Source of the DNA: Perkinsela sp. CCAP 1560/9
Taxonomy: Eukaryota > Protista > Euglenozoa: Kinetoplastea
Assembly (NCBI GenBank): GCA_965644495.1
Contig: CBFFSA010000001.1
Location: forward strand, 3,348,001-3,412,000
Reading direction: 5' to 3'
DNA length: 64,000 nucleotides
The position numbers and the translations under genes are program-made. A model generated the notes under the pieces. That model was not told where the DNA came from. It saw only the letters and a program-made list of their open reading frames with translations, and made no database searches. Shown here piece by piece: positions 32,685 through 43,325 of this stretch (its first letter is position 1; every line of letters starts with the position of its first letter).

Positions 32685-33288
32685 TAAAAAAGTGCTATAA
32701 ATGTGTTTACTAGATATAAATTTATACAAATTTATACTGTATTTGACATAGTTCTTCAGTAAATGACAAAGAATCATCCGAGAATTACTTTCCTTAAACT
32801 TCCATTACTATTGACTGATTGCAGTGGGTTGCATAACTACCACTCTACCCTCAATTATTGAAAAATTATTTAAAAAAAGTGGACAAAAATAGTGAAAAAT
32901 AGAGAAACACGGTAAAAAAGAAAAAAAGGTAATAGAGAACAAAGTAATGAAGAAATGAAATGCGAAAGGGGTGCCGGTGGTTCAAAAATAAAGTGTGTAA
33001 TCATTACTAATGGTGTCCTCAAAAAGCTGTTTTTTAATCGCAAAAACAAATTCGGCCCCGCTTTGCGGCGCCTGTTTTCTTCGACTCACAAATATGTAGG
33101 GAAAGTGATTTTACTATCTTTTCCCACAATTGACAAATAAGTAGGGGGTGTGCAGCGACAATTATGTAGGAGGGGATAACGAGTGGAAAAGTCTTAAAAA
33201 GTCACCAAAAAAGGTTTTTTCGACAAAAAAATAATACTTGAAACCTGCATTTATAGTGCCGGTTACCCAAAGCTTCTTTATCCTTCAT

Positions 33289-36200
33289 ATGACAAAACTA
33301 GGCAATGTTCCATCCGTATTCATCCCTGCAATAGGTACAGCACGGTCACAAGAAAGATGTGCGTGGAATGTTTTGAGCGAATCTGGCATGGAAGCAACGA
33401 TTGTTATTCATCGGCGTGACGAGGAACTTTTTCGTAGGCTTGTCAAAAAAATGAGAGGCATTCGCCTTCGGGTTGCCCCCCGACGTTGCCACTCTTTTTC
33501 TCAACTTTGCAATTACATCATCACCGAACTAGGAAAATCTCGGAACTGGGTATGGATTATTGATCAGCACGTGGAAGATTTTTGTTTCCCGGCGACACCT
33601 TCCCATGAGTACCGTTCTCTTTCGCCGCTAATTGCCCTGCAGCACCGCACTGAATGGGAAGATTGTCAATCACTTTCCACAGAAACCCCGGAAAGATCAA
33701 TATCAATTATAGCACTAGAACGATGTTCTGTGTCAACAGGAGAGGTGGTACCTTTTTGCGAAGATTGTCAACCTTCTGCTATATGCATTAAGACCTCCAT
33801 GGGAACATGTTTCCGTAGCAATCTTCGTGCAACGGATGATGTGCTCCTAGGTGCAATGCGTAAGGGTCACAATGTATGCTTTATTGGAACCGTTGGTTGC
33901 GCGTTCAAAACGGGTGTAAACCGCTACACGGAGCACATCCTAAACTACTCCATGTTGCCGGCGCAGGTAGAAAAAGAAAGATCGCAGTTTGAAAAACGAT
34001 GGAGTTTCTTGACTATAAAAGCGCGGTCGCCCCGGTACTCTGTTTCATGGGAAAACGTCGAAAAACATTTTGGCGAGCATAATGAAGATGACTCAGCTGT
34101 TACTGAAAATTCTTTGGAGTCGAGGCGTAACACAGGTTCGTCACCACGTACAAGCCGCTTTGCAGCTGTAGAAAATGTTTCCTCGAAGGCTGGATCGCTT
34201 GATGAGGCGGGGCAGCAGATAAGGGGCACCAGCACCGATACCCTTCCAAATAAATATTTTTTGAGATCCAAAGGAACAAATTCTCGCGAACCCTTCCTGT
34301 GGGATGTGGGTAAATCGTTTTTTAAAAGAAAGAGACAAACCCAGAAAAAATGTCCCTTAGATACTTGGGATGTAGGTGGTAAATTTCTTTATGAGAAGTC
34401 ACTTCCTTCAACAAAAGTGTGTCTTAAGCCTATTTCAATTTCAAGAGGTATTGAGACGCCTGAAATGATGTCTAGTCAGCCTGAGTCGAAATCTGCCCAG
34501 GGGAGAAGCGGTGCAACAAAATGTCAAACGTCTTGTGCAAAATCGAAGGACAGTGTGTCTGAGGATCCGACAAATCTAACTTCTGAAAATCCATCCAGAG
34601 ATCTACTTGAAGATATGCCTACGCGAATCTCAACTAGTATGCCACAAAAAGATATTGAAAAAGAGCTTCCTATGAAAATTGGGATCGAAGACGAGATTAT
34701 CAATCCCTTTGATTTTAACAATACTAATCATGATCTAAGTTTTCTATTAGAGCAACTAAGAACGCATTCTACGGAATACAATGAGAGCTGTAGCCCCGAC
34801 ATCGACAAGGTGCAAAGTCATTGGGTTGGCATCATAGAAGTCGAATACGCCTCCCTAATATGTTTTTGGGGAGGTACCATTTACGTTGTTGACATGGCGT
34901 CACCCACAAACGTAGATCAGCTAATCGAAATATTTTCTTTGTCAGTTGATAAAATAGTTGTAGGAGCTCAACCGATTTACCGCAGTCTACTTCGACACTT
35001 GCGCGGTACGCCGCTTTACGACACGTTTTACCCTTCTATGATTCAAGACCTTTCAATTTCATCGTTTCTTCTTGGGCACCGCACGCTAACTGTAGATTCA
35101 CTCCCCGAACACGCACGTAATCTAGGATGTGATGTAGTTGAAGTTCGGTTTCCTCAAATTTTATGTGACATCTCATTCCAACACAAAAAATTGTTACAAT
35201 ATGAGAATTTGTTCTCTGTGTGTAGTACCGCGAACGAACTCGAGTTTGTTCTAGCCCGAATGCACTGCGATGGACTATTGTTAGACTTACAAGAAATGAT
35301 TCGAGTCAAATCCGAATGGCTCTCCCAGCTTGAATCCCCTTCCATTACAAAGGCCAACGAACGAAGTCTCATATCTCGTATCGGTAACTTAGAGAGCGTT
35401 TTACACGAGACCGTTTCAAAATCACTCACGGAATCCGATTGTGCGCTACGAGAAATTCACCCTTTTTATCGTCAGACCACGCGAACGGGTCGCATCATGT
35501 GTTCACGGCCCAATATTCAAACCTTTCCAAAAGAAACCCTAGTGAACGGGGCGAGCAGTTCGGGATTACGAACAGCTCTACGTCCACCGCTTGGCATGGT
35601 ATGGGTCTCTCTGGATTACAGCCATTTAGAACTCCGTCTCCTGGCACACTTTGCAAACGACGACGTTCTCAAGGAAATGTTTACCCACGATGTCGATGTT
35701 CACGCACACTTCGCCTCCTTGTTGGAACAGAAACCAACGGAGGCGATTACCCATGACGAGAGAGAGCGGGCCAAACTTCTGATTTATAGTTATCTTCATG
35801 GAGCAAAAGTTGAACGGCTTGCTGCATCCACGGGTCTCGGCTGGGAGCGTGTCTCGGCATTTCTTTCTCGGTGTCAGGAGACTCACCCAAGGCTTACGGC
35901 TTTTCGGGCATCCGTGAAACAAGAATGTGAGGTAAATGGTGTAGTTCGTACGCTATGTGGCACAAGGGGTAACTTTCCTCCTACTACGTCAGGGAGTGAG
36001 CCCGACCCGTGGCTCTATACCCAGGCGGTGAGTTTTATGATCCAAGGATCTGCTGCGGATATTATGAAAAAGCTGCTTTGTACTCTTTTTCGCATGACCC
36101 AAGCCCACACGCCGTGTCCATTTTATGTAGCATTCCAATTGTTTGACGAAGTAGTCTTAGGGGTGGATAAGAGATTCTTGTCCTACGTGCTGCCTCGTAT

Positions 36201-36366
36201 TTTAAAAGAAGCGGAAAGTGTAGTGGCTCTTTCCGTGCCTCTTCGTTGTACCGTTCGAGTGGGTAAGAATTTCGGGGCAATGCAACGTTTGGGTCGAACT
36301 CGACTACTCAACGTCGATAACACCAACGCTGGAAGCAATCTTTTTACAAGAAATACATGGAGATAG
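33289..36366 (+). CDS. Family-A DNA polymerase (Pol theta/nu/PolIE-like) with an N-terminal GT-A-like domain
   Basis: TGRI..SRPNIQ, motif A SLDYSHLELR, DVH, motif B RERAK..IYSYLHG, IQGSAAD and motif C QLFDE; first ATG at 33289. Confidence 0.88.
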   Translation: MTKLGNVPSVFIPAIGTARSQERCAWNVLSESGMEATIVIHRRDEELFRRLVKKMRGIRLRVAPRRCHSFSQLCNYIITELGKSRNWVWIIDQHVEDFCFPATPSHEYRSLSPLIALQHRTEWEDCQSLSTETPERSISIIALERCSVSTGEVVPFCEDCQPSAICIKTSMGTCFRSNLRATDDVLLGAMRKGHNVCFIGTVGCAFKTGVNRYTEHILNYSMLPAQVEKERSQFEKRWSFLTIKARSPRYSVSWENVEKHFGEHNEDDSAVTENSLESRRNTGSSPRTSRFAAVENVSSKAGSLDEAGQQIRGTSTDTLPNKYFLRSKGTNSREPFLWDVGKSFFKRKRQTQKKCPLDTWDVGGKFLYEKSLPSTKVCLKPISISRGIETPEMMSSQPESKSAQGRSGATKCQTSCAKSKDSVSEDPTNLTSENPSRDLLEDMPTRISTSMPQKDIEKELPMKIGIEDEIINPFDFNNTNHDLSFLLEQLRTHSTEYNESCSPDIDKVQSHWVGIIEVEYASLICFWGGTIYVVDMASPTNVDQLIEIFSLSVDKIVVGAQPIYRSLLRHLRGTPLYDTFYPSMIQDLSISSFLLGHRTLTVDSLPEHARNLGCDVVEVRFPQILCDISFQHKKLLQYENLFSVCSTANELEFVLARMHCDGLLLDLQEMIRVKSEWLSQLESPSITKANERSLISRIGNLESVLHETVSKSLTESDCALREIHPFYRQTTRTGRIMCSRPNIQTFPKETLVNGASSSGLRTALRPPLGMVWVSLDYSHLELRLLAHFANDDVLKEMFTHDVDVHAHFASLLEQKPTEAITHDERERAKLLIYSYLHGAKVERLAASTGLGWERVSAFLSRCQETHPRLTAFRASVKQECEVNGVVRTLCGTRGNFPPTTSGSEPDPWLYTQAVSFMIQGSAADIMKKLLCTLFRMTQAHTPCPFYVAFQLFDEVVLGVDKRFLSYVLPRILKEAESVVALSVPLRCTVRVGKNFGAMQRLGRTRLLNVDNTNAGSNLFTRNTWR

Positions 36367-36640
36367 TTGGTGCACCTAATAGTTTCTTACGAGTTATCAG
36401 CTATTGATAGAGCGTTTTTAGCAATACATAAAAAAATTACGTAAAGGCACAACAAAAAACACGATTCAAAAAAATGTACATGAACGAAGACCAAGCTTTT
36501 GATACCCATTATTTAATAAGAATTATTGCTCATTTATTTACTAAGCTCATGACATTCCGAAACTAAAGGCTGATTAGTCTACCGTTGTAGTGCCGATCCA
36601 GTGGGCCACGTTTTAGTCGCGTTTTTGGTCGCGATTGAAA

Positions 36641-38554
36641 ATGTGTGAGCTTTCCTCCGTTATTACAAAATGGTGCGACCAGCAGGAATTACTTATTGAC
36701 TCGGAGAAAAATGCCTCCGAATTAAAAGGGGCACGTTCACGTGCAATACGCGGTCATATCGAGCAAGTTATTGCCGTACTCGACGAAGTATATCATTTTC
36801 ATATTCAACTTGCTAAGAAGCTAGAAAAAAATCCTTACCGTCCGCGTGAGTCAGTTAGATTGCAGCGACATGATCCAACAGACAAGAAGCCTATCTCGTC
36901 AACTTCATGCACTAGACAAGACAAAAGAAAATTAAATGGAGTCGTCATACAAGTGGGAGCAGGAAATATCGTGCTTGCCGTGCAGGATTTCGATTTTACA
37001 TCTGAATGGGGTATGGATGTGGAAGTAACTCTAACGTCATGTCCTGATGAACTTACCTTTCGACGACTTCGACGTGTATTGGGATCCGAAGAGCCCAGCA
37101 TACGCGTCTTGCAACGAATGTTTCCTACGCATGCTGATATTGTTTTTGGGAAGTCTGATAAAATTCCAGAGCCTGACGCAGATAAACAAAATAGTATAGA
37201 GCTTTTCAACTCCTCATTGAATGAAGCACAGCAGCGTGCTGTACTAGGCGCTCTACATTCACCAAACATTCACATTATCCACGGTCCTCCAGGAACAGGG
37301 AAGACCACTACAATTTGTGAAATTGTTCGCCAGATGACCATTCGTCAAAATTTTCGTATTCTGGTTTGCGCACCATCAAATGTAGCCGTGGATAACATTC
37401 TGCTTAGCTTGAGCAACACAAGGCTTTCCAGCAAAGGCATCCGTCCGATTCGATTAGGTCACGTCGGTCGAGTACATCCCAATATGGCGCAGTATACCTT
37501 AAATGAGTTACTCCGCTCGCACGAGCAAAACGAGGTTCTTTGCGATATACAACAAGATATTAACAAACTTCTCAAAGAGCGATGCACCGGTAGGTCTAAA
37601 TACAGTGAAATCAAGAAATTACGTAATGAACTGCGAATGAGAGAACGAAAAGCGACAGAGCAACTGTTCATGTCGGCAAACATGATTACATGCACGTGTA
37701 GCTCTGCGGCCCACTATCTTGTACAACAAGACTGTTTTGATGCTGTTCTAATTGATGAGGCATCACAGTCGCTTTTTGTTGAAAGTTTCATCCCTTTGCT
37801 TCGAGCGTCCCGATGGATTCTTGTTGGGGATCCGTGTCAGTTACCTCCTACGGTGCTAAGCGGCTCTAAAGAGCTCGAAAAAACACTTATGGGTCATTTA
37901 TTGTCTAAGGAAAAAGAAACTTCGAATATTTTATCCTTACTTGATACGCAATATCGTATGCATGAAGAGATTTGTGGGTGGAGTAATCGGGAGTTCTATG
38001 AAGAAAAACTAAAAACGGATGTATCCTCAGCGAGCGCTCTTCTGTGTGATTTGCCAAGTGTTGAATCCACCTACGAGACCTGCAGCGCTATTATGTTTGC
38101 AGACACCAGGGAAATGGGTCTTGGAGAGAGTTCTTCGTCCTCAGGAAGCAAAGAAAGTTTTGGGGAATCTATGCTGGTGGAACAGCACGTGCGAAGTTTG
38201 AAGTCTGCTGGAATTGCTCTCAGTTCGATCGGAGTTATCACACCGTACTCCGCTCAGGCAAAGCTGATTTCTGAAAGCTTACGTGCTGAGATCGATCCTG
38301 ACTCCAACGTTGAAGTTAGTACAGTGGATGCATTCCAGGGAAGAGAAAAACTAGCAGTCATTCTATCTTTAGTGCGTTCCAACGTGGAAGGAGAGGTTGG
38401 ATTTCTATCAGATTCTCGTCGGATGAATGTAGCCTTGACCAGGGCACAGAGACATCTCTTGATAATAGGAGACTCTGACACCATGAACCGGGATTCCGGG
38501 CTGCGAAAACTTTGTTCTTATTTAGAAGAAATAGCTTCGTATGTCCAGATTTAG
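36641..38554 (+). CDS. SF1B helicase, IGHMBP2/Hcs1-like
   Basis: LNEAQ, IHGPPGTGKT, APSNVAVDN, IDEASQ, GDPCQLPP, QYRM, ITPY, TVDAFQGREK and RRMNVALTRA. Confidence 0.9.
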   Translation: MCELSSVITKWCDQQELLIDSEKNASELKGARSRAIRGHIEQVIAVLDEVYHFHIQLAKKLEKNPYRPRESVRLQRHDPTDKKPISSTSCTRQDKRKLNGVVIQVGAGNIVLAVQDFDFTSEWGMDVEVTLTSCPDELTFRRLRRVLGSEEPSIRVLQRMFPTHADIVFGKSDKIPEPDADKQNSIELFNSSLNEAQQRAVLGALHSPNIHIIHGPPGTGKTTTICEIVRQMTIRQNFRILVCAPSNVAVDNILLSLSNTRLSSKGIRPIRLGHVGRVHPNMAQYTLNELLRSHEQNEVLCDIQQDINKLLKERCTGRSKYSEIKKLRNELRMRERKATEQLFMSANMITCTCSSAAHYLVQQDCFDAVLIDEASQSLFVESFIPLLRASRWILVGDPCQLPPTVLSGSKELEKTLMGHLLSKEKETSNILSLLDTQYRMHEEICGWSNREFYEEKLKTDVSSASALLCDLPSVESTYETCSAIMFADTREMGLGESSSSSGSKESFGESMLVEQHVRSLKSAGIALSSIGVITPYSAQAKLISESLRAEIDPDSNVEVSTVDAFQGREKLAVILSLVRSNVEGEVGFLSDSRRMNVALTRAQRHLLIIGDSDTMNRDSGLRKLCSYLEEIASYVQI

Positions 38555-38729
38555 ACTCGTACTTCGGTTGGTAATTTCGGTTGAGTACTTCGGTTGAGAA
38601 AGTGGAACTCTCAAACGGATTCTCCTATTTCAATCTTACATTTCACAAACAGAACGCGATATTTGTCTTACAGTTTTACCTCGAAAAACTACCGCATAAA
38701 CATGGCGAGCAAACAAAATGCTTTTATTA

Positions 38730-39282
38730 CTCCTCTGATCAAAAATAAAGGAAAATGAAAATCCAGAGAGGGGGGATTTTTTTTTCCTTTGTTTTTGATC
38801 ATGATAGAGAAAATATGAAGTATAGCATTGCAGTTGTGGAGTACCTTTGTCCGCTTACAACGTAAGATGTTATCTACTTCAAAAATTCTCTTCGGTGGTT
38901 CTCTTCGTGGTTCTTTGGAAAACTTGACTTGACTGAGCAGTTGTTTTTGAAGACTTGAGCCGAATACCAAGTTTGTTAATCCATCTACGAAATGTTGAAT
39001 AAGAAGGGCCATGACCATCACACGTCCCACGAAGCGATGATGCACGAGTTATCGCTTGGCGTCCACTTTCACGTTCTATCCGTGCCTTTTTTGGAGGTGC
39101 CATGATCAGAAATACAAAGTCCAGTAAGAAAATGTGTAATTAAGAAAATTCGAAGGGTGGGAATGAATTTGGCTACAAGAGAAAAATGACTAGAGTGACC
39201 AATAAAGGTGAAGAAAAGATCAAAAAAGTAAAAAGGTAAATATCGATCAGAATCCATTTTCTTTTATTTTTAATCAGGGGAG
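38730..39282 (-). mobile_element. 553-bp non-autonomous Tc1/mariner deletion derivative
   Basis: ~30-bp TIRs CTCCYCTGATYAAAAATAAARGAAAATG with TA on both sides; residual transposase-like ORF MAPPKK..PSYSTFRRW on the - strand. Confidence 0.8.
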
Positions 39283-39442
39283 TAATCATTTTTTAAGCAT
39301 ATTTGAGGCCCACAAGTTTATTAAAAAGTGAGCATAAAAGTCCCTAAAACATTATACGGTACTTTCTAGTAAAATTTGCACATGTCTTCAGCTCAAATAC
39401 TCCAATAACAAATTAGAGAAAACTAAATCGTCTTGCAGCGTT

Positions 39443-41842
39443 TTGGAGCAAGAACCAACTAGAATAGCATTTACAGGCTTTGAAAAAGAAGTAATTAAGA
39501 AGTTTGAAGTCTCCACAAATTCTTGTGAATGGCTCACGGTACAGAAAGATATTTCACAACGAACCTCGGTTCTAATCTGTGCTTGCGTAGCAACTCATAA
39601 ATATGTTTACGCAGTGAAACATAAGATACCATGCGTTCAGAGGACTTGGCTAACCGAGTCCGTTCGAACGGGATACCCCTTGCATTGTATCGAAAAGTTC
39701 ATGGTTCCTCCACTACATGGTCTGCGAATATCCGTAACAGGAGGATCTCAAAGACAGAGGGAAGAAGTAGCGACGAAATGCGTGCAGGCAGGTGGGCAAT
39801 TTTCAGCCAACTTGGATAAATATGTCCATTGTCTTATCATACTTCAAAAGAGCGAAGCGGGACGTATTCAACAAGGGCCAAAAATAGATTTTGCAAAAAA
39901 GTATAAAATTCGTACGGCGAATTTAGAGTGGCTGATACAAATTATTGCGCAGGGTTACTGGAACGACACCGTGTGCGATCAAGATTCCGCGCATGCTTCT
40001 CACTCTGTTCGTATGCTTTCGAATTCCCCTGAAAACTCCACTTTAAAAGTACAATCGCCCACCACGAAGGAATGTTACTTGAACGACTTCTTTGTATGGT
40101 TTCTAGGCGAACTTCCTTTACATTTTTCTGGCACAAAGGAAGCGACTGGATTTGTGCACGATAAGGTTCTATCTTCACATACAAATATCATATGCCTATC
40201 TGGGGTGAAACTGAACGATCTGGATGTGTGTAATGCATTTCAACGTGTAGACCCAGAGTTTCGTCGCTTCGCTATACAACTGTGGTTAGAGGGAAAAGCG
40301 ACCCTTCTACACTGGTCGTACTTTTTGCTATGTGCTTCATTAAAATCGAAGCAAGATTTAGCCATCTATACAATCCCTCCATGCCTGCACTATTTTGAAA
40401 GAGTCATAGGATTGCATTCTTCAATTTCTATTAAAGAAAAACAGGAATTGGCCATTATCGTTGAGCGATTGAACGGTTGTGTGCTGTTTATGGATTTCAT
40501 GGAACCTGGTCCAGACGATGGTGTCAATGAAAACATAGAAAATATATGCAGAATATCATCTCATCTTATTGTGCGTCAGGAGGACGACTTGACCTCGGGT
40601 AGGCGTATTAAAAGCCTACCAAAAAATCATCCCACGCCCATTTTTGCTTATGCCAGCTGGCTTCGAGATTGTGAAATCCAAAACAAATGGATGGAACCGC
40701 GCAAGGAACATTTATACCCAACGGAGAATTTTCAGAGGCCACTGCGACCGATGCTAGAATCAGCAGCTTATATGCGACAGCCCTCAGTTACATCTACAAA
40801 CAACTCCTTTACACCCACGTCCCAAGACCCTTACAAGCACGATCTCAAAAGAGAACGATCTGACACCTCCTCAACTCAAAACTTCCACAACGAAACAACT
40901 CAACCGGATCGATCCGACGAAATCCTTGCCTTGTTTTCGCAACGTTGCAAAGCCCAACCTCCACAACCTCAACCCTCTCCCCCCCCTCCCACCTCCACAA
41001 ACCCTCCCCTGCGCTACTCTTGCCTCCATCGTACCTTTGTACCCCGCCACCTCGACCCCACCCCCACCTCCCCCCTCTACGAAAGCCAACGCGTCATCTA
41101 CAACCACAACCCCTCCCCCTCTCCCCCTCCCCCCTCCCCTCCCCCCCCCTACCGCTTCCTGCTCGGCCACAAGGACCCGCGGCAGCGCTCGGCCCTCATC
41201 GCCCACATCCGCGCGCTCCCGGGGGCCACCGTCGTGGGGTCCGTGTCGTCCTGCACGCACTACCTCCCCCCCCGCGCCTCCAGGTCCGAGACCTTCCTCT
41301 CCTGCATCGCCTCCGGGAGGTTCATCCTGCGCCCCGCCTTCCTCACGGAGAGCGTGCGGCACGGGGCGTGGCAGGACCCGGGGGGGTATGAGTGGGGGGT
41401 GGGGGTGGAGGGGGAGGGGGAGGAGGGGGGGGTGGGGAGTATGACCACACAGTCACTGCTGCTTCAGGCGTGTCGAACGTGGCGACTCCGGGGTGGGGGG
41501 GCGTTTGGGGGGTGGAGAGTGGTGTTGGTGATGAGGGAGGTGGGGAGGAGGAAGAGTTTTGGGAATGTGTTGCGACGGGGGGGTGCGTCGTGGGTGGGGG
41601 AGGTGAGTCCAGAGGAGGTGGAGAGGGGGGAGAGGTTGTGCGAGTTTGAGAATCCGAACTATGTTATCTATGATGATGGTTTGGATGAGGAGGAACAGCG
41701 AGCGATGTATGGTAAACTCCGGGGTAGGACGAAGAATTCGTCGCATGTGCGCTTGGAGTGTATTATTTTCGTATTGACCTATCCGGATGAAGTGATTCCA
41801 GGGGCCTTGCGCGTGAACGGTCGTAGTCATAAATTCAGGTGA
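39443..41842 (+). CDS. Multi-BRCT protein, TopBP1/Dpb11-like (start codon uncertain)
   Basis: Tandem BRCT repeats (IAFTGF..KYVYAVKHKIPCVQRTWL; LHGLRISVTG) and a C-terminal BRCT pair (RSETFLSCIASG..YEW). Confidence 0.8.
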   Translation: MEQEPTRIAFTGFEKEVIKKFEVSTNSCEWLTVQKDISQRTSVLICACVATHKYVYAVKHKIPCVQRTWLTESVRTGYPLHCIEKFMVPPLHGLRISVTGGSQRQREEVATKCVQAGGQFSANLDKYVHCLIILQKSEAGRIQQGPKIDFAKKYKIRTANLEWLIQIIAQGYWNDTVCDQDSAHASHSVRMLSNSPENSTLKVQSPTTKECYLNDFFVWFLGELPLHFSGTKEATGFVHDKVLSSHTNIICLSGVKLNDLDVCNAFQRVDPEFRRFAIQLWLEGKATLLHWSYFLLCASLKSKQDLAIYTIPPCLHYFERVIGLHSSISIKEKQELAIIVERLNGCVLFMDFMEPGPDDGVNENIENICRISSHLIVRQEDDLTSGRRIKSLPKNHPTPIFAYASWLRDCEIQNKWMEPRKEHLYPTENFQRPLRPMLESAAYMRQPSVTSTNNSFTPTSQDPYKHDLKRERSDTSSTQNFHNETTQPDRSDEILALFSQRCKAQPPQPQPSPPPPTSTNPPLRYSCLHRTFVPRHLDPTPTSPLYESQRVIYNHNPSPSPPPPSPPPPYRFLLGHKDPRQRSALIAHIRALPGATVVGSVSSCTHYLPPRASRSETFLSCIASGRFILRPAFLTESVRHGAWQDPGGYEWGVGVEGEGEEGGVGSMTTQSLLLQACRTWRLRGGGAFGGWRVVLVMREVGRRKSFGNVLRRGGASWVGEVSPEEVERGERLCEFENPNYVIYDDGLDEEEQRAMYGKLRGRTKNSSHVRLECIIFVLTYPDEVIPGALRVNGRSHKFR

Positions 41843-42098
41843 CGTGCAAGGTAGAGTATGAACGCCGTAGTCGCATGTAAACACTATGTAAGTTTTTTTT
41901 CTTCATTTGGTTTATTTGAGGAGGAGTGTTTTCATAGTGTCTAACGTAGTGTATGGACATGCTCGCGCAAAGAAGAAGTACAGCAAGATCTGCATAAAAA
42001 CGCGCATAAAACTCGATGAAAAAAAGCATTTTCATATTTTTATTGGAAATAATGAAAAGGAATACTTAGCCTACATCAAAATATCTGACACCTATTAC

Positions 42099-43325
42099 AT
42101 GGCAGCGAGCTTATTTCTTGAGTACATGCGACGCAGAGCGCATGTACCTTTTTCTATTGAAGAACTCTATGGAAGAGTAAAAGAGGAACGGCGAGAGGCA
42201 ATGAAGCTCGATGTAGAATCAATTAAACGGGATCTCGGTAGAGTGCTACGCCACCTTGTGGTTTCCTATCCATGGCAGTGGAAGTGTGTAGATACCTCAA
42301 GAGAGATGTACATGTACGATCCACAGCGCATACGAACACGACAGGACCTACTAAATGCTCTTCAAGAGATTATGCAAAGTATGAAATCTGTAGAGCCCTC
42401 TGAGGGAGATGAATCTGCTTCGGGCTATTCAAACACTCGAATCGGTGTTCCTCTTGCCGCGTTCGATCTTTCTGATGCGACAACAAAGAAAATTATTCAT
42501 GAAGCCTTGGAGGAGAACGAAATATCGAGCCTAATTCCGGGAAGCAAACAGCCACCGCGTTCCACTGGTCACGCTGTAATGACGGACTCACGAGTTGAGC
42601 TTGTGCACTACAGTTCTCGGATATACCTGGATGGAAAGTCTCAGGAGGTTCGCCTCAAAATGAAGAACGTTCCGGAGAATGACTTTCTCATGACTGTCCA
42701 CGTGCAGTGCTCTCTCCCCAAAGCAGTCAGCATAGCCCCGACTGTTCATGACGCGAAAAAGGGGGAAACCGTATCCTTCCTCGTGGACCCCAAAATGATC
42801 TGCGAATGTGTCCTGCGTGTTGCGGTCGACGGAGCCGAACGTCTGGTACTCCCTCTGGAGGTGCGACGCAGTAAACTCGATCCTGGGATGGTACTCTACT
42901 CCCTTAACCCCTCTTTAGGGAAACTATGTACCGTGATCGACAACGCCGCCGATCTTCCTCTTCGTCATCTCTGGCACGCCCTCCCCACCGACACCCCCTC
43001 AGGATCAGATGTATTCGATCGTCTTCTTCGGTTTTACACAACCTCCCGTCGTGGCTCGGGGAATGCGAGCTCCTCCCTCTCTGCCCCCTCCCACCCGGAG
43101 CGTACCCGTCCGCTGCATCTCACCAATGCGCACATGCGACATCTCGGGTACGACTTCTCCAAGCCCTGCGGGTTACATACGGACCCGGACGCGTCCCGCC
43201 AGGACCGCGTGGAGGCGGCGATCCAGCAGGCCGAGGTGGAGATACGAAAAGAGTCCGACCCGAGTCGTCGGAGTTACCGGAGGAAACGAGCACGACGGGT
43301 CGTGGAACCTGTACAGCAGGGTTAA
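42099..43325 (+). CDS. Divergent TFIIE-beta (Tfa2)-like protein with an internal beta-rich insertion
   Basis: PFSIEEL, YMYDP..IRTRQDLL..L, GVPL, LWHALP and LTNAHM occur in the same order as TFIIE-beta motifs. Confidence 0.6.
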   Translation: MAASLFLEYMRRRAHVPFSIEELYGRVKEERREAMKLDVESIKRDLGRVLRHLVVSYPWQWKCVDTSREMYMYDPQRIRTRQDLLNALQEIMQSMKSVEPSEGDESASGYSNTRIGVPLAAFDLSDATTKKIIHEALEENEISSLIPGSKQPPRSTGHAVMTDSRVELVHYSSRIYLDGKSQEVRLKMKNVPENDFLMTVHVQCSLPKAVSIAPTVHDAKKGETVSFLVDPKMICECVLRVAVDGAERLVLPLEVRRSKLDPGMVLYSLNPSLGKLCTVIDNAADLPLRHLWHALPTDTPSGSDVFDRLLRFYTTSRRGSGNASSSLSAPSHPERTRPLHLTNAHMRHLGYDFSKPCGLHTDPDASRQDRVEAAIQQAEVEIRKESDPSRRSYRRKRARRVVEPVQQG

